A stretch of DNA of 64,000 nt from Chiloscyllium plagiosum (taxonomy: Eukaryota). Position numbers and translations under genes: made by a program. The stretch covers positions 372,536 to 436,535 of the forward strand of contig NC_057753.1 in NCBI RefSeq assembly GCF_004010195.1. The letters are read 5' to 3'. Shown here one piece after another: positions 46,923-60,725 of the stretch. Within the stretch, counting starts at the first letter, position 1, and each line of letters opens with the position of its first letter. The notes beneath the pieces were generated by a model, which saw only the letters and a program-made list of their open reading frames with translations, had not been told where the DNA came from and made no database searches.

Positions 46923-49790
46923 AAGAACAAAGAACAAAGAACATTACAACACAGGAACAGGCCCTTCGGCCCTCCAAGCCTGCACCGATCCAGACCCTCA
47001 AACTAAACCTGTCACCTATTTCCTAAAGATCTGTATCCCTTTGCCCCTGCCCATTCATGTATCTGTCCAGATACATCTTAAATGATGCTATCGTTCCCAC
47101 CTCTAACAGCTACTCTGGCAGTGCATTCCAGGCACCTGCCACCCTCTGCGTAAAGAACTTTCCACGTGTATCTCCCCTAAACTTTTCCCCTCTGACCTTG
47201 AATTCGTGACCCTGAGTAATTGAGTCCTGGGAAAAAGCTTCTTGCTATCCACCGTGTCTATACCTCTCATGATTTTTTAGACCTCAATCAGGTCCTCCCT
47301 CAACCTCCGTCTTTCCAATGAAAATATTCCTAATCTATTCAACCTTTCTTCATAGCTAGTGCTCTCCATACCAGGCAACATCCTGGTGAACCTCCTCTGC
47401 ACTCTCCAACGCATTCACATCCTTTTGGTAATGTGGCGACCAGAACCGTACACAGTATTCCAAATGTGGCCGAACCAAAATCTTATACAACTGTAACATG
47501 ACCTGCCAACTCTTGTACTCAATACCTGGTCAATTAAGGAATGCCTTCTTGGTCACTCTATCTATCTACGTTGCCACCTTCAGGGAACAATGAACTTGAA
47601 CACTCAGACCTCTCTCTACATCAATTTCCCCAGGACTCTTTAATTTACTGTATATTTCACTCTTGAATTGGAGCTTCCAAATTGCATCATCTTGCATTTG
47701 CCCAGATTGAACTCCATCTGCCATTTCTTTATCCAACTCTCCAATCTCTCTATATTCTTCTGCATTCTCTGACAGTCCCCTTCACTATCTGCAACACCAT
47801 CAATCTTAGTGTATTCTGCAAACTTGCTAATCAGACCACCTAGACCTTCCTCCAGATCATTTATGTATATCATTAACAACAGTGGTCCCAGCACGGATCC
47901 CTGTGGAACATCTCCAATGGGAATAGATCCTACTCCCTCAGTATCTTCTCCAGCAGCTTCCCTACCACTGACATCAAGCTCACATGTCTGTAATTACCTG
48001 TATGCTCCCTGCTACCCTTCTTAAACAAGGGGACAACATTAACAATTCTCCACTCCTCTGGGACCTCACCCGTGTTCAAGGATGTTGCAAAGATAACTAT
48101 TAAGGCCCCAGCTATTTCCTCTCTCGCTTCCCTCAGTAACCTGGGATAGATCCCATCCGGACACCTTAATGTCTTTCAGAATACAAACTTCCTCCCTCCT
48201 TATGCCAGCTTGACATAGAGTAATCAAAGATCTATCCCTAACCTCAATATCCTCCATGTCCCTCTCCTTGACGAATACTGATGCAAAGTAATCACTATTC
48301 TCCTTTGTCCTTGAGTGGGCCAACCCTTTCTCTAGTTACCATCTTGTTCCTTATAGATGAATAAAAGGCTTTGGGATTTCCTTAACTGTGCTTGCTAAAG
48401 ATATTTCATGACCTCTTTTAGCGCTCTTAATTCCTCATTTCAGATTGGTCCTACATTCCTGATATTCTTCCAAATCTTCATCTGTCTTCAGTCATCTAGA
48501 CCTTGTATGCTTCCTTTCCCCTCTTCGCTAGTCTCACAATTTCACCTGTCATCCATGGTTCCATAATCTTGCCATTTCTATTTCTCATTTCCACATGTCT
48601 GTCCTGTACTCTAATCAACCTCTCTTTAAACGCCTCCAATATATCAAATATGGATTTACCTACAAACAGCTGCCCCCAATCTGCACTCCCCAGCTCCTGC
48701 TGAGTTGTGGTAGAGTTGGCCTTCCCCCAATTTAGCACTCTTCCTTTAGGACCACTCTTGTCTTTGTCCACGAGTATTCTAAAACTTACGGAATTGTGAT
48801 CACTATTCCCAAAGTAATTCCCTCCTGGAACTTCAAACACCTGGCCGGGCTCATTCCGCAACCCCAGCTCCAGTATGGCCTCTTCCCAATCTGGACTATT
48901 TACATCCTAGAAAACTCTCCTGGATGCTCCTTACAAATTCTGCTCCATCTAGACCTCTAACACTAAGTGAATGCCAGTTAATGTTAGGAAAACTAAAATC
49001 TCCCATCACCACCACCCTGTTGCTCCTACGTCTTTCCATAATCTGTTTACATATTTGTCCTTCTTTCTCACGCTCGCTGGTGGGAGACCTGCAGTACAGC
49101 CCCAACATTGTTACCACACCCTTCCTATTTCTGAGCTCTGTCCATATTGCCTCACCGCTCGAGTCCTTCATAGTGCCCTCCTTCAGCACAGCTGTGACAG
49201 CTTCTCTGACCATTAATGCAACTCCTCCACCTCTTTTACCTCCCTCTCTATCCCACCTGAAGCATCGATATCCTGGGATATTTAGTTGCCAATCTTGCTC
49301 TTCCCTCAACCAAGTCTCAGTATTAGCAATAACATCATACTCCCAGGTACTACTCCAAGCCCTAAGTTCATCTGCCTTACCTACTACACTTATTGTATTA
49401 AAACAAATGCACCTCAGACCACCTGTCCCTTTGCGTTCATCATCTGTTCCCTGTGACTCTTCCCCTTTGTCACGCTGACTTTATTATCTAGCTCCTTACA
49501 GGTTTTAGTTACTACCTCCTTCCTGACCACGAACCTCCTCATTTGCTTCCCATCCCCCGCCACATTAGTTTAAATCCTCCCCAGCAGCGTTAGCAAAAGC
49601 ACCCCCAAGGATATTGGTTCCAGTCTGGCCCGGTGTAGCTCGTCTGATCTGTAATAGTCCCACCACCCCCAGAACTGGTCCCAATGTCCCAGAAATCTGA
49701 ACCCCTCTGTCCTGCACCATCTCTCAAGCCTGCTTATTCTTTTATTCCTGCTCTGACTAGGCACTGGTAGCAATCCTAAGATTAAGGATT
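46923..49790 (-). mobile_element. Long CR1 LINE (ORF1 end, endonuclease, deleted RT, 3' UTR)
   Basis: GFRFLGHWDQFWG (ORF1), NIPGYRCFRWDR...VVMGDF...SDHN (APE endonuclease), LGPLL...KFA (RT). Confidence 0.9.
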
Positions 49791-50499
49791 CGGATGGAAA
49801 GGGTGTGTACAAGCAAATTTTCAGATTCAACGTTGGATATGCCTCCAGGAGAAGGTCCAAAATTTGACCTCTTGGGAGGTAAGACACGGTAACTGATTGA
49901 CGTGTTAGTGGGGGTGCACTTTGGGACCAGTGATCACAATTCTATTAGATTTAACATAGTGACGGAAAATCATAGAATCCCTACAGCATGGAAGGTGGCC
50001 ACTTCGCCTATCAAGTCCATACCGACCCTCCAAAGAGCATCCACCCAGACTCAACCCCATAACCTTGTATTTCCCATGGCTAATCCACCTAGCCTATACA
50101 CTCCTGGGCACTATGGGTAATTTAGCACGGCCAATCCACCCTAACCTGCACACCCCTGGGCAATGTGAGTAACTTAGCAAGACCAATCCACCCTAACGGC
50201 ACATCTTTGGACTGGGGTCGGGGAGGAAACCAGATTACTGGAAGAAAGCCCACACAGACACAGGGAGAATGTGCAAACTCCACACAGACAGTCACCCAAA
50301 GGTGAAATCGAACCCAGGGTCCCTAGCGCTGGGAGGCAGCAGTGCTAATCACTGAGCCACCATGCTGCCCTGCTAGAAAGGATAGACCAGATCTGAAAAG
50401 TAAAGTTATAAATCAGAGTGAGGCCAATTTTGATAGTGTTAGGCAGGAACCTTCAGAAGTTGAATGGGGATGCTGTTTGCAGGATAACATTTACACTGT

Positions 50500-52003
50500 T
50501 CAAAGAACAAAGAAAATTTACAGCCCAGGAACAGGCCCTTCGGCCTTCCAAGCCTGAGCCGATCCAAATGTACTGTCTAAACCTGTTGGTCAATTCCTAA
50601 GCATCTGTATCCCTTTGCTCCCCACCTACTCATGAATCTAACCAGACGCATCTTAAATGAATCTACCATGCCTGCCTCTACCACCTTTGCTGGCAATGCG
50701 TTCCAAACGCCCACCACCCTCTGTGTGAAGTACTTAGCGCGTGTGACCCCCTTAAACTTTCCACCTCTCACCTTGAAAGCACGACCTCTCCTTATTGAAT
50801 CCTTCACCCTGGGAAAAAACTTGTGTCTATCCACCCTGTCTATACCCTTCAGGATTTTGTAAACCTCAATCAGGTTCCCCCTCAATCTCTTTTTTTCTCG
50901 TGAAAATAAACCTAACCTACTCAACCTCTCTTCGTAGCTCACACCTTCCATACCAGGCAACATCCTCGTAAACCTTCTCCCACCCTCTCTAAAGCGTCCA
51001 CATCCTTTTGATAATGTGGCAACCGGAACTGTACACAGGATTCTAAATGCAGCCAAACCAATGTCTTGTACAATATTAACATGACCTGCCAGCTCTTATA
51101 ATCAATACCCCGTCCGATGAAGGCAAGCATACTATATGCCGCCTTGACCACTCTGTGCAGTCAACTTCAGGGTACAGTGGCCCTGCACTCCCAGATCTCT
51201 CTGCTCATCAGCTTTTCCCAAGGCTCTTCCATTCATTGTATAATTCGGTCTAGAATTAGACTTGCCTAAATGCATCACCCAAGGAGCAGGAGAATCGAAG
51301 TTTTGGGCATGAGCCCTTCTTCAGGAGCTCATGCCCGAAACGTCGATTTTCCTGCTCCTTAGATGCTGCCTGACCTGCTGCACTTTTCCAGCAACACATT
51401 TTCAGCTCTGATCTCTGCAGTCCTCACTTTCTCCTAAACGCATCACCTCACATTTGTTTGGATTGAACTCCATCTGCCACTTCTCCGCCCAACTCTCCAG
51501 TCTATCTATATTGTCCTGTACTCTCTGACAGTCCCTTATGCTTTCTGCTACTCCACCAATCTTTGTGTCATCTGCAAACTTGCTGATCATACCAACAGTG
51601 CCCTTTTCCAGATCATTTATATATATTACAATCAACAGTGGCCCCAGCACTGACCCCTGTGGAACACCACTGGTCACCTTTCTCCATTTCGAAAAGCTCC
51701 CTTCAACTACTACTCTCTGTCTCCTGTTGCTCAACCAGTTCTTTATTCAACTACTACTCTCTGTCTCCTGTTGCTCAACCAGTTCTTTATCCACCTAGCT
51801 AGAACACCCCTGCACACCATGTGACATCACTTTCTCCATTAGTCTACCATGGGGAACCTTATCAAACGTCTTACTAAAGTTCATGTATATGGCATCAACA
51901 GCCCTTCCTTCATCTATCAACTTGGTCGCTTCCTCGAAGAGCTCTATCAAGTTGGCAAGGCATGATCTCCCCCACACAAACCATGTTGCCTGTCACCGAT
52001 AAG
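50500..52003 (-). mobile_element. CR1 LINE RT and 3' UTR; family A palindrome inside (51280-51432)
   Basis: Close inverted match to 44030-45110; palindrome TSD CCTAAAYGCATCACC at 51265-51279 and 51433-51447. Confidence 0.9.
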
Positions 52004-52329
52004 GGCTAGTTGGAAAGTGGGAGGCCTTCAAAAATGAAATAACAAGAGTTCAGAGACAGTATGTTCCTGTTCGTGCAAAGGGCAAGGCTGGTAGGTGTAG
52101 GGAATGCTGAATGACTAGAGAAATTGAGACTCTGGTCAGAAAATAGGAAGCGTGTCAGGCTTGGAATCAAGTTAATTCCTAGAGGAGAATAAGTGCAGTA
52201 GGAATATATTTAAGAGGGAAAACAAGAGGGTCAAAAGGGTACATAAGATAGCTTTGGCAAATAGAGTTAAGGAAAATCTAAACAGATTTTACAAATACAT
52301 TAAGAGCAGAAGGTGTAACTGTGGAGATA

Positions 52330-53710
52330 ATAGAGTCATAGAGATGTACAGCATGGAAACAGACCCTTCGGTCCAACCCATCCATGCGACCAGATATCCC
52401 AACCCAATCTAGTCCCACCTGCCAGCACCCGGCCCATATCCCTCCAAACCCTTCCTATTCATATACCCATCCAAATGCCTCTTAAATGTTGCAATTGTAC
52501 CAGCCTCCACCACATCCTGTGGCAGCTCATTCCATACACGCACCACACTTTGTGTGAAAAGGATGCCCCGTAGGTCTCTTTTATATCTTTCCCCCCTCAC
52601 CCTAAACGTATGCCCTCGAACTCTAGACTCCCCGACCCCCGGGAAAAGACTTTGTCTATTTATCCTGTCCATGCCCCTCATGATTTTATAAACCTCTATA
52701 AGGTCACCCCTCAGCCTCTGACCCTGGCAACATCCTTGTAAATCCTTTCTGAACCCTTTCAAGTTTCACAACATCTTTCCAATAGGAAGGAGACCAGAAT
52801 TGCACGCAATTTTCCAACAGTGGCCTTACCAATGTCCTGTACAGCTGCAACATGACCTCCCAACTCCTGTACTCAATACTCTGACCAATAAAGGAAAGCA
52901 TACCAAATGCCGCTTTCACTATCCTATCTACCTGCGACTCCACTTTCAAGGAGCTATGAACCTGCACTCCAAGGTCTCTTTGTTCAGTAACACTCCCTCG
53001 GACCTTACCATTAAGTGTATAAGTCCTACTAACATTTGCTTTCCCAAAATGCAGCACCTCACATTTATCTGAATTAAACTCCACCTGCCACTTCTCAGCC
53101 CATTGGCCCATCTGATCAAGATCCCATTGTAATCTGAGGTAACCTTCATCGCTGTCCACTCCACCTCCAATTTTGGTGTCATCTGCAAACTTACCAACTA
53201 TACTTATGCTCGCATCCAAATCATTTATGTAAATGACAAAAAGTAGAGGGCCCAGCACCGATCCTTGTGGCACTCCACTGGTCACAGGCCTCCAGTCTGA
53301 AAAACAACCCTCCACCACCACCCTCTGTCTTCTACCTTTAAGCCAGTTCTGTATCCAAATGGCTAGTTCTCTCTGTATTCCATGAGATCTAACCTTGCTA
53401 ATCAATCTCCCATGGGGAACCTTGTAGAATGCCTTACTGAAGTCCATATAGATCACATCCACTGCTCTGCCCTCATCAATCCTCTTTGTTACTTCCTCAA
53501 AAAACTCAATCAAGTTTGTGAGACATGATTTCCCACGCACAAAGCCATGCTATCCCTAATCAGCCCTTGCCTTTCCAAATATATGTACATCCTGTCCGTC
53601 AGGATTCCCTCCAATAACTTGCCCACCACTGACGTCAGGCTCACTGGTCTATAGTCGATGATACAAATATCTCAGCAAGGGGCCCAGCAATCACTTCCCT
53701 AGTTTCCCAT
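52330..53710 (-). mobile_element. Young CR1 LINE with 278-aa open RT segment
   Basis: ORF 52704-53540 has [22 protein letters not shown] and FADD motifs. Confidence 0.93.
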
Positions 53711-56092
53711 AGATAGCGGCCCTTAAAGATCAATGAGGGTGCCTCTGTGTGGAACCACAAGAGATGGATGAGATACCAAATGGACATTTCATTTCCCTGT
53801 ATTTACAGTGAAGAAAAGATGTGCAGCGAAGGAATTCAGGGGAGTAAATAGTGATGTCTTGAGAAGTATCTATCTTGCAGAAGAGGAGGCGCTGGAAGTC
53901 TTAAAATGCACAAATGCAGCGAAGTCCCAGATACCTGATCAGGTGTTTTCCAGAACTTTGTGGGAAGCTGGGGAGGAGATTGCTCGGGCCCCTTGCTGAG
54001 ATATTTGTATCATCAACAGCCACGGGTGAGGTATCAGAAGTCTGGAGGATCGTTAATGTGGTGCCACTATTTAAGAAAGGTGGTAAGGAAAAGCCAGAGA
54101 ACTGCAGACTGGTGAGCCTGACGTCAGGTGGCGGATAAGTTACTGGAGGGCAGTCTGCGGGACAGGATTTACATGTATTTCAAAAGGCAAGACCTGATTA
54201 AGAATAGTCAACATGGCTTTGTGCATGGGAGATCGTGTCCCACCAAGGTGATTGAGTTTTTTGAAGAGGTGACAAAGAAGATTGATGAAGGCAGAGCAAT
54301 AGACATTGTCTGTACAGACTTCAGCAAGGCCTTTGACAAGATTCCACATAGTAGACTGGTTAGCAAGGTGCGATCACATGGGGTCCAAGGAGAGCTAGCC
54401 AACTGGATACAAATTTGGCTTGAAGACAGAGGGTGGTGGTGGAGGGTTCTTTTTCAGACTGGAGGCCTGTGACCAACGGTGTGCCGCAAGGATCAGTGCT
54501 GGGTCCACTGCTTTTCTTCATTTATATAAACGCTTTGGATATGAAGACAGGCGATATAGTTAGTAAGTTTGCAGATGACACCAAAATTGGAGGTGTAGTG
54601 GACAGCGAAGAAGGTTAGCTCAGATTACAACAGGATCTCAATCAGATGGGCCAATGGACTGAGGAGTGGGAGATGGAATTTAATTTAGATAAATGTGAGG
54701 TGCTGCATTTTGGAAAAGCAAATCAGGGAAGGATTTGTACAGTTAATGGTAAGGTCCTAGGGAATGTTGCTGAACAATGAGATCTTGGAGTGAAGGTTCA
54801 TCTCTTTGAAAGTGGAGTTGAAGGTAAACAGGGTGGTGAAGGTGTTTGGCACGCTTGCCATCATTGGTCACTGCATTAACCTGGGGCATCATGTTGCGGA
54901 TGTACAGGACAGTGGTGAGAAGACATTTAGAATGCTGTATACAGTTCTGGTCTCCCTGCTATAGGAAGGATGTTGTGAAACATGAAAGGGTTCAGAAAAG
55001 ATTTACAAGTATGTTGCCAGGGTTGGAGAATTTGAGCTACAGGGAGATACTGAACAGGCTGGGATTGTTTTCCATGGAGCGTCGGAGGCTGAGGGGTCAC
55101 CTTATAGAGGTTTGTAAAATCATGAGGGGCATGGATAGGATAAATAGGCAAAGTCTTTTCCCTGGGGTGGGGGAGTCCAGAACTAGAGGGCATAGGTTTA
55201 GGGTGAGAGGGGAAAGATATAAAAGAGACCTAAGGGGCAACTTTTTCACACAGAGGGTGGTGGGTTTATAGAATGAGCTGCCAGAGAAAGTGGTGGAGGC
55301 TGGTACAATTGCAACATTTAAAAGGCATTTTGATGGGTATATGAACAGGAAGGGTTTGGAGGGACGTGAGCCGGGTGCTGGTAGGTGGGAGTAGATTGGG
55401 TTGGGATTGGCATGGACAAGTTGGACCAAAGGATCTGTTTATGTGCTATACATCTCTATGACTCTATGACTCCAAATAGGACTAGATTAGATTAGGATAT
55501 CTAGTTGGCATAGATGGGTTGGACCAAAGGGTCTGTTTCCGTGATATCTGACTCTATGACTTTGATATGAAGCAAATTTATTAGCTTAATCTACTTAATA
55601 TATATTGGAGATATATGCAAACTAGTGAGTGGAGTGGTAGGATTAAGAACGATACCTTCAAACCAGACCATTACAGGCTAATCATTACGGACTAATGGGA
55701 CTTGACAGTGAGCAATTGGAGCAAGTGGAAAAGCATGTCGAAAGCAGGCCTAATGCAAAATCAGGCAGCTTTCATTGGGAGGTAACGTTGTGACACTAAA
55801 CTGTCTGTGAGAACTGTCGTGTCGGGCCCCTGCAAGGTGAAGTCCGAGGGCAGGTAACACATGCATTCAGTTGATAACAAGTCTCACTGTCTTCTTATAA
55901 TCGCAAATCCCAGCCCGAGGTGAAGTTCACTGAATGGAGCATAGTCCCTAACGTTAGGACTATTCTGCATCTCAGATTACATGCTGTGTCTCCACGTTGT
56001 AGTACTTTCAGTACTTTTCCAGACATTCTGTTCCGCAGAAAACAAGTTTAAAACATCTCCAGATGACTCCATGTTAACTCAACAGAAGAATG

Positions 56093-56286
56093 ATTCGGAG
56101 ATGCCAGTGTTGGACTGGGGTGTGCAGCGTTAAAAATCACACAACACCAGGTTATAGTCCAACAAGTTTAATTGGAAGCACACTACCTTTCGGAGCGACG
56201 CTCCTTCATCAGGTGATAGCGTCGCTCCGAAAGCTAGTGTGCTTCCAATTAAACCTGTTGGACTATAACCTGGTGTTGTGTGATTT
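56093..56286. mobile_element. Palindromic Penelope-derived element (family B)
   Basis: Minus-strand CCTGATGAAGGAGCGTCGCTCCGAAAG at about 56187-56213; TSD TCAACAGAAGAATG at 56079-56092 and 56287-56300. Confidence 0.82.
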
Positions 56287-56301
56287 TCAACAGAAGAATG
56301 G

Positions 56302-56801
56302 NNNNNNNNNNNNNNNNNNNNNNNNNNNNNNNNNNNNNNNNNNNNNNNNNNNNNNNNNNNNNNNNNNNNNNNNNNNNNNNNNNNNNNNNNNNNNNNNNNN
56401 NNNNNNNNNNNNNNNNNNNNNNNNNNNNNNNNNNNNNNNNNNNNNNNNNNNNNNNNNNNNNNNNNNNNNNNNNNNNNNNNNNNNNNNNNNNNNNNNNNNN
56501 NNNNNNNNNNNNNNNNNNNNNNNNNNNNNNNNNNNNNNNNNNNNNNNNNNNNNNNNNNNNNNNNNNNNNNNNNNNNNNNNNNNNNNNNNNNNNNNNNNNN
56601 NNNNNNNNNNNNNNNNNNNNNNNNNNNNNNNNNNNNNNNNNNNNNNNNNNNNNNNNNNNNNNNNNNNNNNNNNNNNNNNNNNNNNNNNNNNNNNNNNNNN
56701 NNNNNNNNNNNNNNNNNNNNNNNNNNNNNNNNNNNNNNNNNNNNNNNNNNNNNNNNNNNNNNNNNNNNNNNNNNNNNNNNNNNNNNNNNNNNNNNNNNNN
56801 N
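56302..56801. other. Assembly gap (500 N)
   Basis: Run of N. Confidence 1.
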
Positions 56802-57548
56802 TGACACCAATCTGCCATGCCTCTCAGACTGAATTGACTTCTGATCATTGTAGATTTGACACTCCCCATCAAGGCGATGGTTCACCCATTGAAACCAACA
56901 TGAACAACACTTTATGATTACTGAGTCTACTTAACAATAACACACTCGTGTATTACGTTTCACATGGTAATGCCCAGATCCATACACTGAACATCACCTT
57001 CACATAACATTATCCCGTAGGTTTCATGCCCTTAGCATGAGGTGAATGAATTTCTTTCTAACAGTGTGCAGATTTTACTGTATGTCTGTGAACATGTTTT
57101 CTCCAGGATATTTCCGTTTTTGCTTTGAATGTATCCAGTTAGCAACGTTGCACTATTGATACATCCCATTACTTGCAGATCTGATTAATATTCATCATGG
57201 AATGGATATTGGGTTATCAATAAACTCGTCCAGACTTGTATATCAGCAGATTTCATGTATTCCATCAATATTTGCATCTCTTCACCAGTCAGCTTGTCAT
57301 CCTGTTTCCGTATTCCTGCATGTCTCGAAGCAAACACTCAGAGACACAGTGTGGCTCTACCGTATTTACCATTATTCCCAGCCATGGCCAGAGCACGATC
57401 GCCCATGTACGCTCGAGTTCCTGATCTTCTTTCAAACAGCAGATTTTTGAGGAATTATTTCGTCACTTTCAGGGAGCTCCCTCCAAACAAGGCAACATTT
57501 ATATTGATTGGGTGACCGTTACAATCAGTGAGCATCAACAGTAAAGAT

Positions 57549-58800
57549 TGCGTGGGAAATCATGTCTCACAAACTCGATTGAGTTTTTTGAAGAAATAAC
57601 AAAGAGGATTGACGAGGGCAGAGCAGTAGATGTGATCTATATGGACTTCAGTAAGGCGTTCGACAAGGTTCCCCATGGGAGACTGATTAGCAAGTTTAGA
57701 TCTCACGGAATACAGGGAGAGCTAGCCATTTGGATACAGAAATGGCTCAAAGATAGAAGATAGAGGGTGGTGGTGGGAGGGTTGTTTTTCAGACCGGAGG
57801 CCTGTGACCAGTGGAGTGCCACAAGGGTCGGTGCTGGGTCCTCTACTTGTTTTCCTTTTGATAAATGATTTGGAATCAAGCACAAGAGGTATGGTTAATA
57901 AGTTTGCAGAAGACACCAGAATTGGAGGTGTGGTGGACAATGAAGAGGGTAACCTCAGATTACAAGAGGATCTTGATCAGATGGGCAAATGGGCTGAGGA
58001 GTGGCAGATGGAGTTTAATTTAGATAAATGTGAGATGCTGCATTTTTGGAAAGCAAATCTTAGCAGGTAAGGTCCTAGGGAGTGTTGCTAAACAAAGAGA
58101 CCTTGGAGTGCAGGTTCATAGCTCCTTGAAAGTGGAGTCGCAGGTAGATAGTATAGTGAAGAAGGCATTTGGTATGCTTCCTTTTCTTGGTCAGAGTATT
58201 GAGAACAGGAGTTGGGAGGTCATGTTGCGGCTGTACAGGACATTGGTTAGGTCACTGTTGCAATATTGCGTGCAATTCTGGACTCCTTCTTATCAGAAAA
58301 ATGTTGTGAAACTCGAAAGGGTTCAGGAAAGGTTTACAAGGATGTTGCCAGGGTTGGAGGATTTGAGCTTTTAGGAGAGACTGAACAGACTGGGGCTGTT
58401 TTCCCTGGAGCGTCGGAGGCTGAGGGGTGACCGACAAAATTATGAGGGGCATGGATAGGATAAATAGACAAAGTCTTTTCCCTGGGGTCGGGGAGTCCAG
58501 AACTAGAGGGCATAGGTTGAGAGTGAGAGGGGAAAGATATTAAAGAGACCTTAGGGGCAACGTTTTCGTACAGAGGGTGGCGCATGTATAGAATGAGCTG
58601 CCAGAGGAAGTGGTGGAGGCTGGTACAATGACAGCATTTAAAAACATTTGGATGGGTATGTGAATAGGAAGAGTTTGGAGGGATTATGGGCCGGGTGCTG
58701 GCAGGTGGGACTAGATTGGATTGGGATATCTGGTCGGCATGGACGGGATGGACCGAAGGGTCTGTTTCCGTGCTGTACATCTCTATGATTCGATGACTCT
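57549..58800 (+). mobile_element. CR1 LINE RT and 3' UTR
   Basis: Same subfamily as 52330-53710. Confidence 0.92.
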
Positions 58801-58966
58801 GTTTAGACAACTGGCATTACACAATGGATGTCCCTCACCTCGTTAAACCACTGCCTTTGCCTCCAGCACCTTAGTGTTTCCTGTGGGTTCTTATCTGGTT
58901 AAAGTCATGCTAGCTGATCCTGTGTTAGGCAAACCTAAACTTAACTCTCTCCCTTCCTGCTCATAC

Positions 58967-59065
58967 CTTATACACATTCTCAAGCTGGAAGTCAAAGATC
59001 ACTTTGTCGTGCTTCACCTGTCCAGGATTGTAAGTCTTTGGAATAATCACACCATCACATTGTAC
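58967..59065 (-). other. Candidate 99-nt phase-0 exon of an unidentified gene
   Basis: TGTGTTATCAG| acceptor and AAG|GTATGA donor; only one frame open (VQCDGVIIPKTYNPGQVKHDKVIFDFQLENVYK). Confidence 0.3.
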
Positions 59066-59099
59066 CTGATAACACAGGCCATTTGAGCTGTTGCTTTGA

Positions 59100-60725
59100 G
59101 GTGGAGGGGTTGATTTATCAAGAATGGCTGAACAGCTTCGGCCTTTATTCATTACCGTTTTGAGGAATGAGGGGCGATCTTGTTGAAACACACAATATTC
59201 TGACGGCCTTGTCAGTTGACATGTGGGATGAGTCGCAAACTCGGGGATATAGTTCCAGAATAAGGCTGCATTAATTTAAACCTGAGATGTGATGGAGTTC
59301 TTTTCTCCCAGAGGGTGAAGGTCTGAACTGCTCTACCCCAGAGTGTTATGGAGGCAGTTTCAAGAGGAGCGGTTTAGGTGTTTAGAGTCAGAGAGGTCCA
59401 CAGCATGAAAACAGGCTCTGTTGCCCAATTTATCTAATTCCATTTGCCTGCATTTGGTCCGTATCCCTCCATACCTACCACTCCCACGTACCTGTCTAAA
59501 TGTTTCTCAAATGACACAATTGTACTCACTTCCACCATTAACTCTGGCAGCCCGTTCCAGACACTGTGAAAAACATTGTTCTCTCTTTGTACCTCTTTTG
59601 TACCTCTCCTCTCTCACCTTCAACCTATGCCCTCTCATTTTAGACTCCCCTACCATGGGAAAAAGCTGTTGGCTATCTACCTCATCTGTGCCACTCATGG
59701 TTTTATAGACCTCTGTAAGGTTATTCTTCAGCCTCCAACGCTCCGGGGGAAAACATCCCAGACTATTCAACCTCTCCTTATAACTCAAACCTTCCAGTCC
59801 AAGTAGCATCCTGGTGCTACACTGTTTCTAGTTTAATAACATCCTCTCTATAGTATGATGATCAGAATAGCACACTGTGCTCCAAGTGAGGCCTCACCAA
59901 CACCTTATACAGTTTCAACAATTTGTCCCAATCCTATACTCAATATTCTGACTGATGAAAGCAAGCCTTCTTCTCCATCCGGTCTACCCAGACTCCACTT
60001 TCAAGAAGCTATGAACCTGTGCCCTGACATCTCTTTGTTCTATAACACTCTGCAGGGCCCTTCCATTGTGTACGTCCTGCCCTGGTTTGATGCAACACCT
60101 TGCATTTATCTAAATTAAACTCCATCTGCCATTCCTCTGCCCACTGGCTGAGTTGATCAAGTTCTCACTGCATTCCCAATTAACCTTCTTCACTGTCCAC
60201 TGTACCACCAAGCTTGGTGTTATCTGCAAACTTACTGACCATTTTTAAAGTATTGAGAATACTGCTCCTACATTTTATGAACTTATATCAGAATTGAGGA
60301 GAAACAACTTCTACCAGAGGGGAATTCACTCCCCCAACGTGCGGTGGATGCTGGGACAGTGAGGAAATTTGAGGAGGAGTTATACGGATTTTTGACTGGT
60401 AATGGTGGGAAGGGATATGAGAGAAGGCAGGAAAATGGGGGTGAGGTGCATATCAGGGAGAAAGTGAGGACTGCAGATTCTGGAGATCAGAGTCGAGGGT
60501 GAGGTGCTGGAAAAAGCACAGCAGGTCAGGCAGCATCCGAGGAGCAGGACAAATCAATGTTTCGAGCATAAGCCCTTCATCAGGAGGTGGGAGGTGGGGG
60601 TGGGGGAGCTGAGAGATAAATGGGAGCAGGGGTGGGAAGGTGAGGGATTATAACAGACATGATTGAATGGTGGAGCAGACTCGATGGGCTGAATGGCGTA
60701 ATTTTGCTCCTGTATCTTACGGATT
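59100..60725. mobile_element. CR1 fragments (plus 59100-59385, minus 59385-60240, plus 60280-60725) with a Penelope family A fragment (60453-60650)
   Basis: RT C-terminal motifs and tails; GTTTCGAGCATAAGCCCTTCATCAGG at about 60559-60584. Confidence 0.75.

Larger units (their letters stand above)
49880..55560 (+). mobile_element. Host CR1 LINE in pieces (49880-50490, 52005-52330, 53715-55560); HE1 SINE inside (49968-50370, minus)
   Basis: Collinear SDHN, linker, RT and 3' UTR segments separated by insertions. Confidence 0.8.

Noticed and set aside
52704..53540. 278-aa reverse transcriptase ORF as a host gene or active element
   Set aside because: 5'-truncated CR1 copy with deletions and no endonuclease or ORF1.
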